NCBI GenBank assembly: GCA_964624665.1
Contig: CAZUZG010000001.1
Span: 7,310 to 71,309, forward strand
Origin: an uncultured Candidatus Saccharibacteria bacterium
GTDB taxonomy: Bacteria > Patescibacteriota > Minisyncoccia > Phycocordibacterales > UBA9973
Reading direction: 5' to 3'
Length of the DNA stretch: 64,000 bases
The position numbers and the translations under genes were made by a program. Below the pieces are notes generated by a model. The model did not search any database, was not told the DNA's origin, and worked only from the letters and a program-made list of their open reading frames with translations. Positions 9,415 to 18,764 of this stretch are shown here, in pieces. Numbering within the stretch: the stretch's first letter is position 1; each line of letters begins with the position of its first letter.

Positions 9415-12400
9415 TTATTCCTTCTTCGTTCTCTTTATTGAATCATAAACAATCTTAGAAATAGCATCCCTCTTGTTTTTTTTATCTTCCTCCGACAATT
9501 CCTCAAAGTTTACTTTCACCCGATACCCCTTAACTGTTTCCTCTGATGTACTTTCTTTTGCAATTACATTCAATAAATAATCTTGTATTTCACCTGGCTC
9601 AAAAACAAAGACTCTTTGAATATCCACTAAGTCAATATTAGCCTGGACAGTTTTTCTAATTTTCTCAATGTTCTTTTTTTCAGTTGGGCAGACTATAACA
9701 AAATTATAACCTGCCTTTAGACACTTCTTCACATTCTGTAATTCGTGCGCATCGCTTGTAGTAGAAGAAATTTCAACTGCAATTTTTAAATTGTTGCGGA
9801 TTAGCCCAACATCAACCTTTCCATTTGGTATCGCTTCTTCAATGGTTGCTTTAAAGCCAAAGGATTCGGCTATTCGTTTAATGAAGTTTTGAAAATACCG
9901 GTGTTCTGTTTCTTCTTTTTTAACTGGCGGCATCTTCGGTCCCTTTATAGCCTCAACTAAATTTTGGGAAACCTGATCTGATACAAATTCTTTTACTGTT
10001 TCTTTTTCAACTGGCTTCTCTTGTTTTATTGGCTTGGGTACTGATTGAACTGGCTCTGGCTTTTCTTCTTTTAAAGTTTCTGATTGGTAATAGAAGCGTG
10101 CAATTAATTCTTCAATCTCAGCTTTAGGTTTGCTGTATTTATCTCTCGAAAGATTTGTTATCTCTCTCCTTCTGCGCTTCCCTATCTCTGAATCTATATT
10201 CGGATTATTAAACACACTTAGGTTAAAGTCATTATCCGGCTTATCTATTTTTACAATCGCTTCTCCAGTTTCTAAATTCTGTAAGTTCTTTGAATCAAAG
10301 AAGGTAAAGCCATCGGCCAATTTACGGCTGTCTACTTCTCCTACCTTAAAGCAAATTCTTGTTCCGGCATTAGTTATTGAATTCGCTAAATCAACATCAC
10401 TCCTTGATAGTTGTAACAGGTCTTGGTGTGAAAGAGTAAGTCCCAAGCTAAATTTACGTCCCCCGGAAAGTATTGATTCCATTGAGGGGCTTAAAAAATA
10501 TTGGCATTCATCTACATAAACAAAAAAAGGTTTTCTATCTTCTTCTCTTATTAATTGTCTCGCAATTGCGACTTGATGTATTTTAGAGAGAATAAGGCTG
10601 CCTAAAAGATTGCTGTTCTCGATTCCAATCAATCCCTGTGATAGTTTTATCAGTAGTATCTTGTTTGAATTTACTATTTCATCAAAATTCAATCCGTCTC
10701 TTTGCGCAACCATATTGCGGATAAGTTTTGGGCGAAGGAATGAATCCAGGCGGGTTAATATCGGTCCGATTGAGTTGGTGCGTAATAACGGGTATTCTTT
10801 TTGCCAGTAATATACAATGCTTGGTTCGGTAACTGTTTTTAGAAATTCCGTCCTGAATGCCTTATCAACCAAAAATCTTTTTAAATCAATTAATGTGCCT
10901 CCGGCTTTGCTTTCAATAAAGGCGGCAACCGCATTGGCAAGTACGGCTGACATTTGTGCACCCCAGCCGGTTGTATATCTTTGGAATATAGAAACAAGGT
11001 CGGATGACAAAACATCCTTTTCAATTTCTGAATAGGCTTTCAAAATATTTATACCAACAGGAAACTCGGCGTCCGAGGGATCAACCAAGACTATGTCTTT
11101 ACACCTATTCTCCGGGATATGCTCAATTATGGAATCTATTAGATCACCATGTGGATCAAGCACAGCGCACCCTTTACCGCTTTTAATATCCTGAATTATT
11201 AAATTTTCCAAGAGCGTTGATTTTCCAGAACCCGTGACACCTATGACATGAAGATGTTTTAGGCGCTGGGTTGCACTTAGAGAAACTTTTGTTCCGCTAT
11301 CTCCGCAAACATTTTCGCCTAAGATAAAATCATGGCCTAAAGCAATGGCTGGCGCAGCTTTGGATTTCTTTGGTTCTGAATATATTTTTGTCGAGTTAAA
11401 TGAATGCGGAAAATGAACCAACGAAACAAGTTCTTCGCTGTTTAAAATCATTCCGCTTAAATGCGTTTGCCTTAATTTAAAGTCCTCATATCTTGTTTCA
11501 AATGGATAATCATCATGGGTTATTGGTATAAAGGCATTACTGCTTGGGTCTTTGAAAGTAGAAAAGGCCGTGCCAACATTAATGCCAAGTTCTAATACCT
11601 TTCGATCATCTAAACCTTGAACAAAAGTATTTACAACAACAGCAAATAAAGGTTTTGAAATTTTCTTCTTTGTCAGTTGTGCCATATCCGGCGCATCTGA
11701 AAAATATGATTCACCCTTGTGATTCATCACTGCCTTCACAATACTTTCAGACCAGGGCTTTTCAACTCCTTTAAATAGTACTTGCATGGCGCAAACTTCA
11801 CCATCCCGAAGATTATCCATTAGTCCCAACAATGCTATTAAAGGATCAAGTGAAAAACTCTTGTATGTTTTTATCGGGCGCATAAATTCTTCGGCAAGCC
11901 CAATACCATATATGGCGGAATTTCGTTCCTGAACTATGGCTTTGTTTAAGACTTCTTTTTCTTCTTGTAAAAAAGCATTGGGAAAAAATGTCTTTAATTG
12001 ATTGCGTAATTGATTAGCATCTGCGCTCCGGCATACATACTGGCAAACAATTCTCAGTTTGGTCCCGATTATCTCAAATGCAATTGGATATTTTGAATAA
12101 CTGAGCAGGGTTAAGAAACTTTCCGCTTCTTCTCCGCTAAATCTTTCGCCTTTCGGAAATGATATTTGTATTTCGTGATAGCCTGTTTGTCCGTCAAGCC
12201 TTTTAGGTTGGATATATTCTTCATCATCCGAAACAAAATTTCTATTAATATCCTGGTCAGATGAAACTACACCGACACTTTTAAAAAACGATTCAAATAG
12301 TCCGGTATTCGTCGGAGCATTATTCTGTCCCTTTGCATATCCTTTAAATGGCTTAAACGGCGGTTCTAATTCAACTGGATAGTCCCACAATAGCCAACCT

Positions 12401-12462
12401 CTGCCGCGACCTTCCCAGGAATAAAACTGCTCTGATATATTTTCGCCAAATGGTATATACAT
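9415..12462 (-). CDS. VirD4/TraD-like coupling ATPase (long form) with C-terminal nuclease-like domain
   Basis: HLHVIGVTGSGKS Walker A, LDPHGDL, FVYVDECQ Walker B, RKFSLGLTLSHQ; C-terminal GKVDVGL..IAVEIS. Confidence 0.85.
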   Translation of the reverse strand: MYIPFGENISEQFYSWEGRGRGWLLWDYPVELEPPFKPFKGYAKGQNNAPTNTGLFESFFKSVGVVSSDQDINRNFVSDDEEYIQPKRLDGQTGYHEIQISFPKGERFSGEEAESFLTLLSYSKYPIAFEIIGTKLRIVCQYVCRSADANQLRNQLKTFFPNAFLQEEKEVLNKAIVQERNSAIYGIGLAEEFMRPIKTYKSFSLDPLIALLGLMDNLRDGEVCAMQVLFKGVEKPWSESIVKAVMNHKGESYFSDAPDMAQLTKKKISKPLFAVVVNTFVQGLDDRKVLELGINVGTAFSTFKDPSSNAFIPITHDDYPFETRYEDFKLRQTHLSGMILNSEELVSLVHFPHSFNSTKIYSEPKKSKAAPAIALGHDFILGENVCGDSGTKVSLSATQRLKHLHVIGVTGSGKSTLLENLIIQDIKSGKGCAVLDPHGDLIDSIIEHIPENRCKDIVLVDPSDAEFPVGINILKAYSEIEKDVLSSDLVSIFQRYTTGWGAQMSAVLANAVAAFIESKAGGTLIDLKRFLVDKAFRTEFLKTVTEPSIVYYWQKEYPLLRTNSIGPILTRLDSFLRPKLIRNMVAQRDGLNFDEIVNSNKILLIKLSQGLIGIENSNLLGSLILSKIHQVAIARQLIREEDRKPFFVYVDECQYFLSPSMESILSGGRKFSLGLTLSHQDLLQLSRSDVDLANSITNAGTRICFKVGEVDSRKLADGFTFFDSKNLQNLETGEAIVKIDKPDNDFNLSVFNNPNIDSEIGKRRRREITNLSRDKYSKPKAEIEELIARFYYQSETLKEEKPEPVQSVPKPIKQEKPVEKETVKEFVSDQVSQNLVEAIKGPKMPPVKKEETEHRYFQNFIKRIAESFGFKATIEEAIPNGKVDVGLIRNNLKIAVEISSTTSDAHELQNVKKCLKAGYNFVIVCPTEKKNIEKIRKTVQANIDLVDIQRVFVFEPGEIQDYLLNVIAKESTSEETVKGYRVKVNFEELSEEDKKNKRDAISKIVYDSIKRTKKE

Positions 12463-12472
12463 TCATTACAGA

Positions 12473-12967
12473 TTATATCCTCTTATTTCCCCTCGATATT
12501 TTTTGATTCCTAACAACTTCTATCGCTGCAATAATACTTTTATGCACCATTGCTTTGTAAGCTGTGTCTAAATGCAATTCGCCCCCACCATTACTTTCCT
12601 CTAATGTTCTTACTATGTCTTTGGCAATTGGAATGCTTGATAGCAGATCAAGTCCGGAGCTTGATGATTTAAACAGCTTCCAGCCGATATAATGGTTATG
12701 GATTTGATGGATGCAAAGAACATCAAAGTAATATGATTTAAATTCAATTCTTAAACCTTTTCTGTATGCAGAAAACAAACTTTCCTTTTTCCATATCAAC
12801 TTCATTTTGCTTTTCTGAAATTCATTATGGCGCAAAATTTCCATCACGACTTCATAAAATTCATCAGCCGAAATACCAAGATTATCCATTATCTCATTCC
12901 AACTCCCGATTTCTTTCGGTGGTTTGAACATACTGGAACCTGCATTAAATCCATCTGAAAATGACAT
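12473..12967 (-). CDS. hypothetical protein
   Basis: 164-aa ORF tightly spaced (10 and 14 nt) between the J-domain gene and the ATPase gene. Confidence 0.65.
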   Translation of the reverse strand: MSFSDGFNAGSSMFKPPKEIGSWNEIMDNLGISADEFYEVVMEILRHNEFQKSKMKLIWKKESLFSAYRKGLRIEFKSYYFDVLCIHQIHNHYIGWKLFKSSSSGLDLLSSIPIAKDIVRTLEESNGGGELHLDTAYKAMVHKSIIAAIEVVRNQKISRGNKRI

Positions 12968-12981
12968 TCTTTTCTTTTACG

Positions 12982-13941
12982 TTATTTATTCTCTATATCC
13001 CTTAATTCAATATATGCGTGCGATAAATCCAATATTTCTTCATCGGTTAAAGTCTTAGGGTCTCTTTCCATTAACTCTTGGATATACCAGTCGGCAACTC
13101 CGCCGTAATAACAGACTGTTTTTGTATTTCGGCCTAAAACTTTATCGCCCCATATTTCTCCGGCTATTAAATACAAAGGATAGAATACAATGCCTTGAAT
13201 GATCTTGGCTATCCATACTGGAATATCAAACAGCAAACTATGCCTTGCATTATTCCGAGCTTGATGGGAAGCAGTTTCATAGAAACCCAACCCTATATTC
13301 ACAAACCACCAAACGACCTTGTATATATCCTCCGGCATCCATGCCGCTGAAAGCGGTATGATAGCGAGGAAGCAGGAAATAATCTGTAGAACCCAAAAGA
13401 AACTGGCAATAGAAATTATTACGGGAAAGAAGAAGCCAATAAGGGATATTGGAATCATAATATACATGCTCATCATAATGGAGGTTAAGCATTGAGCCGG
13501 AATTTGATTTTCCAATTCATGCTTTAAATACTCTCTTACCTTAATCCCCTGCGTTATTATTATATCTTTCATTTCCAACTTAAATCCGGTAGCCACAACT
13601 TCTTCCCATATCTCCCTTAGCTTGTCTTGCATCATCGATGCTTTTTCCCTCAGATATTCCCCAGGGTCTTTAGGCGATTCCCAAGCACTCTTATCTACCT
13701 TTTCTTCTACATGATATTCACCTTTGACATACCTGGTCAATAATTCAATACATGGTTCAATGCTTTGAAAATTCTGAGTGTATTTCCTTGTAAGTTCGGC
13801 GTTGTCTAATTTTTCAATTTTATCCGGATGCCATTTAATGGAAGCGCGCTTTTTAATCTTTGGAATATCCTCAAGGGTAACTGAATCCAAGTCGGTTATC
13901 TCGAGAATTTCGAGAATCTTATCTAAGGTTATGTCTTCCAT
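12982..13941 (-). CDS. J-domain (DnaJ-like) membrane protein
   Basis: ILEI..KKRASIKWHPDK..FQSI J-domain with intact HPD; several TM segments; ATG 13941 preferred. Confidence 0.75.
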   Translation of the reverse strand: MEDITLDKILEILEITDLDSVTLEDIPKIKKRASIKWHPDKIEKLDNAELTRKYTQNFQSIEPCIELLTRYVKGEYHVEEKVDKSAWESPKDPGEYLREKASMMQDKLREIWEEVVATGFKLEMKDIIITQGIKVREYLKHELENQIPAQCLTSIMMSMYIMIPISLIGFFFPVIISIASFFWVLQIISCFLAIIPLSAAWMPEDIYKVVWWFVNIGLGFYETASHQARNNARHSLLFDIPVWIAKIIQGIVFYPLYLIAGEIWGDKVLGRNTKTVCYYGGVADWYIQELMERDPKTLTDEEILDLSHAYIELRDIENK

Positions 13942-14134
13942 TGTCGGAAAGTTTAGATTTGATAGTGAATATACCAAAATTTTAAAAAAAATTTGGTATT
14001 TTAAATAAATAGGTATAATTTTATACTACTCTAAATCCCGCCTCAATTATAGTGGGTCTTCCGCGAATAGACAATTTTGATCTCGTTATTGTTTCTCTCT
14101 CTTTCTCTTTAAAGGATTTAGTTAAATACTTAAT

Positions 14135-14374
14135 ATGGAAATGGCAAAGCAGAATGACATAAAAATATCACCAATTTTATTTAAAGTTATTGTTGGAATT
14201 ACTCTAATATCTCTGACGGCTAACATATATTTTGTGTTTAATATTTATATCACGAATAACGACACCATTATAAGAGGTAACACAGCCCCTATAAATGGTG
14301 TTGGAAACAATAGCCCAAATAGTAATGCTGGACCGAATAGTATAAACAATAGCCCAAATAGTGGAAACAAATAA
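14135..14374 (+). CDS. small single-TM protein with Asn/Pro/Ser-rich tail
   Basis: 79 aa, one hydrophobic helix, tail SPNSNAGPNSINNSPNSGN. Confidence 0.6.
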   Translation: MEMAKQNDIKISPILFKVIVGITLISLTANIYFVFNIYITNNDTIIRGNTAPINGVGNNSPNSNAGPNSINNSPNSGNK

Positions 14375-14642
14375 TTGGAACTTAGATTGAAATATTTTAT
14401 ATGATTATATCAGGTAATGATTACAAAAAGCACTATAAAAATAATGCGAAGGATAACCTACAGTAGTCTATGGTTTATATTTTTGTTTTGTAATTTATCT
14501 TGTAACCAAGATTATAAAGGAGAAACCAATACCACAGACACTGAAGATGTTCCCGAACCTCCAACAAATATTGTAGGAAAAGAAAGCCCGAATAGTAATG
14601 CTGGACCGAATAGTATAAACAATAGCCCAAATAGTGGAAACA
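14312..14642 (+). repeat. 58-bp direct repeat shared by two adjacent genes
   Basis: 14312-14369 and 14585-14642 differ at one base. Confidence 0.9.
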
Positions 14643-15475
14643 CAATCGTTAATATTAATGCCAAAGAATTAATTTTCAATGTAAATAAAGATACTTGTGC
14701 CTGTCGTAAAGAAAATAGAGCAATGCTTGTTGGGCTGTTAAATGAATTAAATACATTTAATATTAACAACGGTAACAATTTTAAAATAACTCCAGATTAT
14801 GATTTACCGAATGGAAAATTCAAAGCAGTAAACGACGATATGTCTATAACTTTTTCAAGAGATTCAAAAGAACAAAATAATCTTATAATTGAATTTCAGT
14901 TTGGTTATGATGTAAGTGTGAAAATTTCCAACTTTGAAAAAGGCCGTTATAGAACACCAAAATCAGAAAAAGCCATTAACACTTTTACAGAGTTCATTAG
15001 CTCACTTCTTGAAAACGATTTCAAGCCTAGTAAAATAACTGGCGAAATATATGGCTATGCGGATAGTACAGATAATGATGTAATAAAGGGCTCTGTGTAT
15101 AAAGGTGATATTTGTGGACTTATAGACGAGAACATAGACGATCAGCCTTTCTCTATAAAAAAATTTGATGAATATGGAAGATATAGTGGTATCGAAGACG
15201 ATACAATATCCCTATTATCGAATTATACACAATTAAGGAATATTGATTTTGCATTTCTACGCGCATTCGATTTGAAAAAAAGTTTGTTAGACAACATTAT
15301 TGCCCCTAATCAAGATTATCCAATTATTGAACCACAAAGCTTATGGATTTGTGTAACTGAAATAAAAACTTCGAGCAATATGGCTAATAGAAAGGTTACT
15401 GCAACATTGCACTTCATAGGTAGTTTAAAGAAAACAATCGATAATCTTCGACTTTTAGACAAGAATAATAATTAA
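14417..15475 (+). CDS. putative lipoprotein with divergent OmpA/MotB-like C-terminal domain
   Basis: LSC lipobox-like; GEIYGYADS...NIDFAFLRAFDLK...ANRKV matches the G-x-AD / N..L..RA / NR-x-V OmpA pattern with a long insert. Confidence 0.55.
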   Translation: MITKSTIKIMRRITYSSLWFIFLFCNLSCNQDYKGETNTTDTEDVPEPPTNIVGKESPNSNAGPNSINNSPNSGNTIVNINAKELIFNVNKDTCACRKENRAMLVGLLNELNTFNINNGNNFKITPDYDLPNGKFKAVNDDMSITFSRDSKEQNNLIIEFQFGYDVSVKISNFEKGRYRTPKSEKAINTFTEFISSLLENDFKPSKITGEIYGYADSTDNDVIKGSVYKGDICGLIDENIDDQPFSIKKFDEYGRYSGIEDDTISLLSNYTQLRNIDFAFLRAFDLKKSLLDNIIAPNQDYPIIEPQSLWICVTEIKTSSNMANRKVTATLHFIGSLKKTIDNLRLLDKNNN

Positions 15476-15477
15476 AA

Positions 15478-15501
15478 AAAGAACCCATTAATGGGTTCTT
15501 T
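15478..15501. terminator. bidirectional intrinsic terminator
   Basis: AAAGAACCCATTAATGGGTTCTTT palindrome between convergent genes, with an A run on the left. Confidence 0.75.
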
Positions 15502-15509
15502 GATTCAGC

Positions 15510-15956
15510 TCAAATAATTTCTATTGGCACTGATGCTTTATACACTTTGTTTTCTGAGGATTTAGCAATTATTTTTATAAATAAAAACTGTCCTTTTTTA
15601 ATAGTGTCAGAAACCGAAAACCTAATTAGAAATTCTCTACAATCTCCCTCCTTAAAATTATGAGGAACAAAATAAAAATTTTGACCGCAATTATTGCTTA
15701 GATATTTCCCGGTATTAGTTGGATATATTCCTATCGGAAGCATAACTTTAATCTCGGCATTGATTGAGTCGTGATGGGTACAATGGTTTTTAATACTTAT
15801 ACCAATTTTGTACTTTCCGCTCGGCCGAATTTCCATTTTAGCATGAGAATATACTTCAAGACATTTTTTATGAGCAAATAATCGAGGTATTATAAGTGCA
15901 AGGAATATAAAAATTAGAATTGGATGTTGCCGTATGTGGTTTTTAATGGACTTCAT
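15510..15956 (-). CDS. putative exported beta-rich protein
   Basis: 148 aa, N-terminal hydrophobic signal, alternating beta-strand pattern. Confidence 0.6.
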   Translation of the reverse strand: MKSIKNHIRQHPILIFIFLALIIPRLFAHKKCLEVYSHAKMEIRPSGKYKIGISIKNHCTHHDSINAEIKVMLPIGIYPTNTGKYLSNNCGQNFYFVPHNFKEGDCREFLIRFSVSDTIKKGQFLFIKIIAKSSENKVYKASVPIEII

Positions 15957-15964
15957 CTTGAATA

Positions 15965-16034
15965 AATTAATTGGTTAAATCAAGATGTAACAAGGCGCTA
16001 TAAAAAACACCTATCCTGATTTAACCAATTAATT
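15965..16034. repeat. 22-bp inverted repeat in 5' leader
   Basis: AATTAATTGGTTAAATCAAGAT (15965-15986) vs ATCCTGATTTAACCAATTAATT (16013-16034), 21/22 complementary. Confidence 0.8.
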
Positions 16035-16070
16035 ACAAGCTTTATAGTTCTATACTATTTGTCTAAGCCG

Positions 16071-16099
16071 ATTATACAAAACTATTTTTACATTGTCAA
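16071..16099 (-). promoter_or_regulatory. perfect sigma70 consensus promoter
   Basis: Minus strand TTGACA-atgtaaaaatagttttg(17)-TATAAT, pointing at the 15956 gene. Confidence 0.7.
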
Positions 16100-16136
16100 C
16101 TCTACAACCATTTAGTACCAATGGTTGTAGGCCAAG

Positions 16137-17300
16137 CTAAATTTTTATTGGAGGTTTACTTTTCTTCCTTCTTTTCAATTCAATTTCAATTTCTGAAAGC
16201 TCAGCGTTTTTATTTCTAATATCCATTTTATGATTTAAAAAATGAATATATTTCATCGGACCAACGATTCTATTTAAAGCCGGAATAATTACAATACTTA
16301 TTCCATCGCCAATTTTATCCTTGAAATCATAGGCAGATTTATCAATTTTAACAGAAGCCCAAATCGAATTGTATAATGTAATCGTTAACGCAACGCAGTC
16401 TGGTAAATTTAAGAGGGTTATCAAATGCCCTCCTTCCCAACCATAGAATTCCAACAAGTCATCTTTTTTGTTTGGATCAAAGAAACTCATTCCGTGAAGG
16501 GGGATATTTTCCCGTTCTTCTTTTGTCTTTGCCCACATATATTTTCTTAATCTTTCAGCCTCAAGGCTTTTCACAAAATTTTCACCCAAAAATTTTGCTC
16601 CCATACCTAAAGCCATCTTTGCTAAAAATCTGTTTTCAGCAAAAGGAGTGAATTCAAATCCTACCTCAAGTACTTTTTTCTTAAATAACTTATTATTTAG
16701 TTTCTTTAATTCACTGGGAATTTCAGAAAACACATTACCTGGTGGCTTATCTCCATTTCCAAGAAACAGTTGTGAGCCTTTAAACTTCTTAATGAAAGAC
16801 CTAAAAATAGTTGGGTGCCATGCTTTATTATTACTGACAACAAAAAGAAAAGCGAACCCTTTATCTACATCACTCTTTTTTAAATATGGCGGTATTCCAA
16901 CCACCGCCGGATATGATTTTGAATCAGAATAAGGAATATGAAAATGGTAAATTGAATCACCTGTTGGTCCAATCCAAACATCACAAATTTTACCTTCATA
17001 GGTAACCGAGCTTAACTTCCCCATGTATTTTAAAGGCAGTACCGGATTATCTTCAATTTTCGCGTAATCTCTATAATGAGTTGATAATTGGGATTGCATA
17101 AACCAGCCTTTCACCGCAGGAGCATCGATAAATCTACCAGCAAGATTATTACAATTACCACACACATTTGGAATGGTAAAAAGGTTGTTTTTAGGTGTGC
17201 CAATTAAGGATTTTGGCAAAATATGTTCTTTGGAAAACCTATATTTTTCTCCCAAAGCTTTCAGCTCATCACTATCCCTTCCACAGTAAACACAAACCAT
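16137..17300 (-). CDS. HNH endonuclease-domain protein
   Basis: CVYC..SKEHILPKSLIG..VCGNCNN zinc-finger HNH at the N-terminus. Confidence 0.8.
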   Translation of the reverse strand: MVCVYCGRDSDELKALGEKYRFSKEHILPKSLIGTPKNNLFTIPNVCGNCNNLAGRFIDAPAVKGWFMQSQLSTHYRDYAKIEDNPVLPLKYMGKLSSVTYEGKICDVWIGPTGDSIYHFHIPYSDSKSYPAVVGIPPYLKKSDVDKGFAFLFVVSNNKAWHPTIFRSFIKKFKGSQLFLGNGDKPPGNVFSEIPSELKKLNNKLFKKKVLEVGFEFTPFAENRFLAKMALGMGAKFLGENFVKSLEAERLRKYMWAKTKEERENIPLHGMSFFDPNKKDDLLEFYGWEGGHLITLLNLPDCVALTITLYNSIWASVKIDKSAYDFKDKIGDGISIVIIPALNRIVGPMKYIHFLNHKMDIRNKNAELSEIEIELKRRKKSKPPIKI

Positions 17301-17482
17301 TAAAACAATCGTTTATTTAATTCATCCTTTTCTTTTTTATCCATTTTAGTTTATTGTTGTTTGCTTCTTCCATAGAATAACAAATCGGCCCAGAAGCCTA
17401 TAGTATCATTAAACAGATTCAAGTATAAAACTCATTGCCTCAATTTTGCTAAATAATATCATAAGAAGGCTTAGGTGATTAC

Positions 17483-18478
17483 CTAATTTTCTTTACCGAA
17501 GTAATCGCAATCACCAGGTACTTTCCCAAAAAAAACAAAAGAGATCATCTCCATAATTGTTGGCAATTGTTTCCCTTTTTTATTTTTAAAAATTATTCTT
17601 CTATGTTTTCTACTGAAATTTTTATATACAACAGATTTAAAAAAAATGTTCCTTTCTGGAATCCATCCATCAATAAGCATTTGAAAATTAACAGGAAATT
17701 GGCAAGGCCCCCAAACTTTTCCATTAACCATTACCATTCTTGGTAGGAATGCCATTACTTGAGATGCATTTCTTTCCCATAGATTAGTATCGATTGTCCC
17801 ATTATTAGGAAGAAAAATTGCTACAGATTTTGGACCAATACCATTATTCCTAAATGAGGCGCATTGGATTATTTTAGAAGAATAGTTGATAATATCATGC
17901 GGATTTGCATTTGAAGAAACTATTTTTGAAAGAGTTTCTTTTTCTAATATGGTCACAGCGCTAGTCATTCCTCCAATCATATAGTCTGCTTGTTCAACTG
18001 TTTTAAAAAATAAATTGAACCCATTAATTTGATATTCACGTTCAAAATCAGCAGTTATATACCAAGGTTTAGTCTTGGTGAAGTTTGAGATACATGCCAT
18101 AAATGGCATAGGTAATTGTTTATGAAAGCCAACTATATGCAATTCCAAGTATGGAAAAGTGCCTTTAATTTTACTAATTGCTTTTGAAATATCTTCTGTA
18201 AGTTCTAACACAATTTCACCAAAACCGAAATTCTTATTTGCACTTTTAGAAAGAGAATCTGAAATGATATCATAGGTTTTCACTTTCTTTCCTGAATCAT
18301 ACCATTCAGCTACGCCAGTGTATGAAATATTTGCGCCTAATTCTTCAATATTGAATAATATGTGCTTATTAAAGTTTTCATCTACAGAAATATATGTGTT
18401 ACCCCTTTGAACTGATACCCTCATATCTGAATTTGATATGCATTGATTTACTCTAGCGATTGTTAATAAGAGAGTCAT
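17483..18478 (-). CDS. Ntn-hydrolase / proteasome-beta-like protein
   Basis: From ATG 18478: MTLLLTI...SDMRVS...DENFNK...ISYTG, matching the Thr1, D-x-R, K and G pattern of proteasome-type Ntn proteins. Confidence 0.5.
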   Translation of the reverse strand: MTLLLTIARVNQCISNSDMRVSVQRGNTYISVDENFNKHILFNIEELGANISYTGVAEWYDSGKKVKTYDIISDSLSKSANKNFGFGEIVLELTEDISKAISKIKGTFPYLELHIVGFHKQLPMPFMACISNFTKTKPWYITADFEREYQINGFNLFFKTVEQADYMIGGMTSAVTILEKETLSKIVSSNANPHDIINYSSKIIQCASFRNNGIGPKSVAIFLPNNGTIDTNLWERNASQVMAFLPRMVMVNGKVWGPCQFPVNFQMLIDGWIPERNIFFKSVVYKNFSRKHRRIIFKNKKGKQLPTIMEMISFVFFGKVPGDCDYFGKEN

Positions 18479-18764
18479 ATTTATTTGCGCTTGCTTCCAA
18501 TGCAATTTACAAATAAAATAATAAAATCTTATTTCCCTTATAGTGAACTACATACCAAAGTCAAAATTATTTTATGGCACCTTTTCATCGATTTAGCCTC
18601 CCTTTTCCTAAAAAGAGTATCTTCGAATACGTTTAGGATTCTATCTACATCTTTTTGGATAAGACGGAGTACTATTCCTTTCAGGCTATATCTAAACGAC
18701 TATTGCAATTTGATAAAAATCTATAAAAAAGGAATCAAATATTTTTTAAATTTGAATTGGTATT

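Noticed and set aside
10130-11186. Several + strand ORFs inside the long VirD4 gene
   Set aside because: Antisense shadows of a strongly supported CDS.
14312-14642. Direct repeats as a possible CRISPR array
   Set aside because: Only two 58-bp copies, both in frame within genes, 215-bp spacer, no cas genes.
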